Of a stretch of 64,000 nucleotides of DNA, positions 63,187-64,000 are shown piece by piece (within the stretch, counting starts at the first letter, position 1; each line of letters opens with the position of its first letter). Location of the stretch: positions 48,454 to 112,453 of the forward strand of contig CASFNW010000002.1 in NCBI GenBank assembly GCA_949296245.1, in the 5' to 3' direction. A program made the translations under genes and the position numbers. The DNA is from an uncultured bacterium (GTDB lineage: Bacteria > Cyanobacteriota > Vampirovibrionia > Gastranaerophilales > Gastranaerophilaceae). The notes beneath the pieces were generated by a model. The model was given only the letters and a program-made list of their open reading frames with translations, searched no databases and was not told the DNA's origin.

Positions 63187-63924
63187 ATGTGCTATATTGT
63201 AGCCATGAATACCTTACAAAACGAAATAATTAATACAAGAAAAATCTATAAAGAACTGTTTCACAATGCACAGCTTGCAATTGACAAGCAGCTTATGAAT
63301 TTAAAAAAAGCCTCTCTTTGCAATCACTGTAAAGCTGATTGTGATATAGATTTTAATAAAATAACGCTGTTTCAAAAATTTCCGGATGGCTGCAGATACA
63401 AATTCTGGCAGGAAGCAGCTATAGATTGTCTTGAAAATAAAATTTCAAAAGATATCCTTGAAAAAATACAAAAAATCGAAGAAAGAAGAAAATGCTATAA
63501 CTGCGGGTGCTGTTCTTCCTGCTGTAAGCTGGCAAGCTCGGAATATTCATATGAAGAATTAAAGCAAAGGGCAAATAACGGTGACAAATTTTCTAAAGAA
63601 TTTGTAAGTGTTTTTGTTCCGTATACTTCTTTTGATGAGCCGCAAAAGCTTTATCCTGATTATGTAAAGCTTTTAAGAGAACATTTTAATGACAAAGATT
63701 TGTATTTTTATTACTGCCCGAAATTAGGCAAAGACGGATTGTGCACGGATTACGAAAACAGACCGTCTATATGCAGAGATTTTCCGAATAATCCGCTTGT
63801 TGCTCTGCCTTTAGGCTGCTCTTTTAATGAGTGGAAACAGGAAGTCGAAATCACTGCACTGACATTGCATGCCCTGATTGATATTGCAGGTTTTTACAAA
63901 GATAAAATAAAAGCTGTTTTATAG
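63187..63924 (+). CDS. YkgJ-family (UPF0153) cysteine-cluster protein
   Basis: CYNCGCCSSCC cluster and C-terminal YYCPKLGKDGLCTDYENRPSICRDFP, typical of YkgJ zinc/iron-chelating domain proteins. Confidence 0.75.
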   Translation: MCYIVAMNTLQNEIINTRKIYKELFHNAQLAIDKQLMNLKKASLCNHCKADCDIDFNKITLFQKFPDGCRYKFWQEAAIDCLENKISKDILEKIQKIEERRKCYNCGCCSSCCKLASSEYSYEELKQRANNGDKFSKEFVSVFVPYTSFDEPQKLYPDYVKLLREHFNDKDLYFYYCPKLGKDGLCTDYENRPSICRDFPNNPLVALPLGCSFNEWKQEVEITALTLHALIDIAGFYKDKIKAVL

Positions 63925-64000
63925 CTGTTCGTTTACCAAATCCGAACGCAAAATCTTTGCTGCACCGAGATAGATATGTTTTATTTCATCCTGTTTTTTA
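63919..64000 (-). CDS. Possible 3' end of a minus-strand gene running off the window
   Basis: The minus-strand frame is open from the window edge: KKQDEIKHIYLGAAKILRSDLVNEQL*. Its stop overlaps the ykgJ-family stop by 6 nt. Too short to identify. Confidence 0.3.
   Translation of the reverse strand, partial: KKQDEIKHIYLGAAKILRSDLVNEQL

Noticed and set aside
1-64000. Search for CRISPR arrays, rRNA/tRNA genes, IS elements, integrases, prophage or conjugative genes, toxin-antitoxin pairs and known defence systems
   Set aside because: I saw no regularly spaced direct repeats, no transposase, integrase or recombinase motifs, and no recognisable phage, conjugation or defence operons. The only accessory-looking stretch is 26.1-30.0 kb, reported above.

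Overview
This is an AT-rich, gene-dense chromosomal window from a diderm, probably anaerobic bacterium. Gene content includes TamB/AsmA-like plus Skp, PFOR/NifJ, full-length NifU-NifS, an RpaB-like response regulator, CtpA, YggT/Ycf19 and type IV pilin-like genes. That mix would fit a non-photosynthetic cyanobacterial relative (Melainabacteria/Vampirovibrionia), but this is inference only.

About 55 CDSs are supportable, and most are housekeeping: rsmH-ftsL, NAD-IDH, pncC, pdp, nifJ, topA-aroE, nifUS, speD, obg, mtnP, pgi, trmL, nnrD, mutL and others. I found no rRNA, tRNA, CRISPR array, transposase, integrase or prophage genes.

The main unexplained signal is non-coding. A family of GC-rich, modular intergenic elements stands out against the AT-rich background at 3996-4224, 13476-13792, 15727-15935 and 41866-42116. 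A solo box lies at 30011-30026 and a related hairpin cluster at 38344-38545.
- The four main copies lie upstream of, and co-oriented with, the next gene.
- They share near-identical blocks in different combinations.
- In two copies an inserted domain is closed by a helix with two compensatory base-pair changes, which points to a structured RNA or ssDNA element rather than simple repeat debris.

Other items worth a second look:
- a 471-aa protein with an HNH-type motif, next to a truncated DUF262-like ORF;
- an internally duplicated 800+ aa membrane protein with possible paralogs elsewhere in the window;
- an orphan DNA methyltransferase with apparently permuted motif order, beside mutL;
- tandem divergent pilin-like genes;
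- an orphan minus-strand terminator that implies an unannotated small transcript.

All calls rest on motif recognition by eye. No database search or folding program was run.
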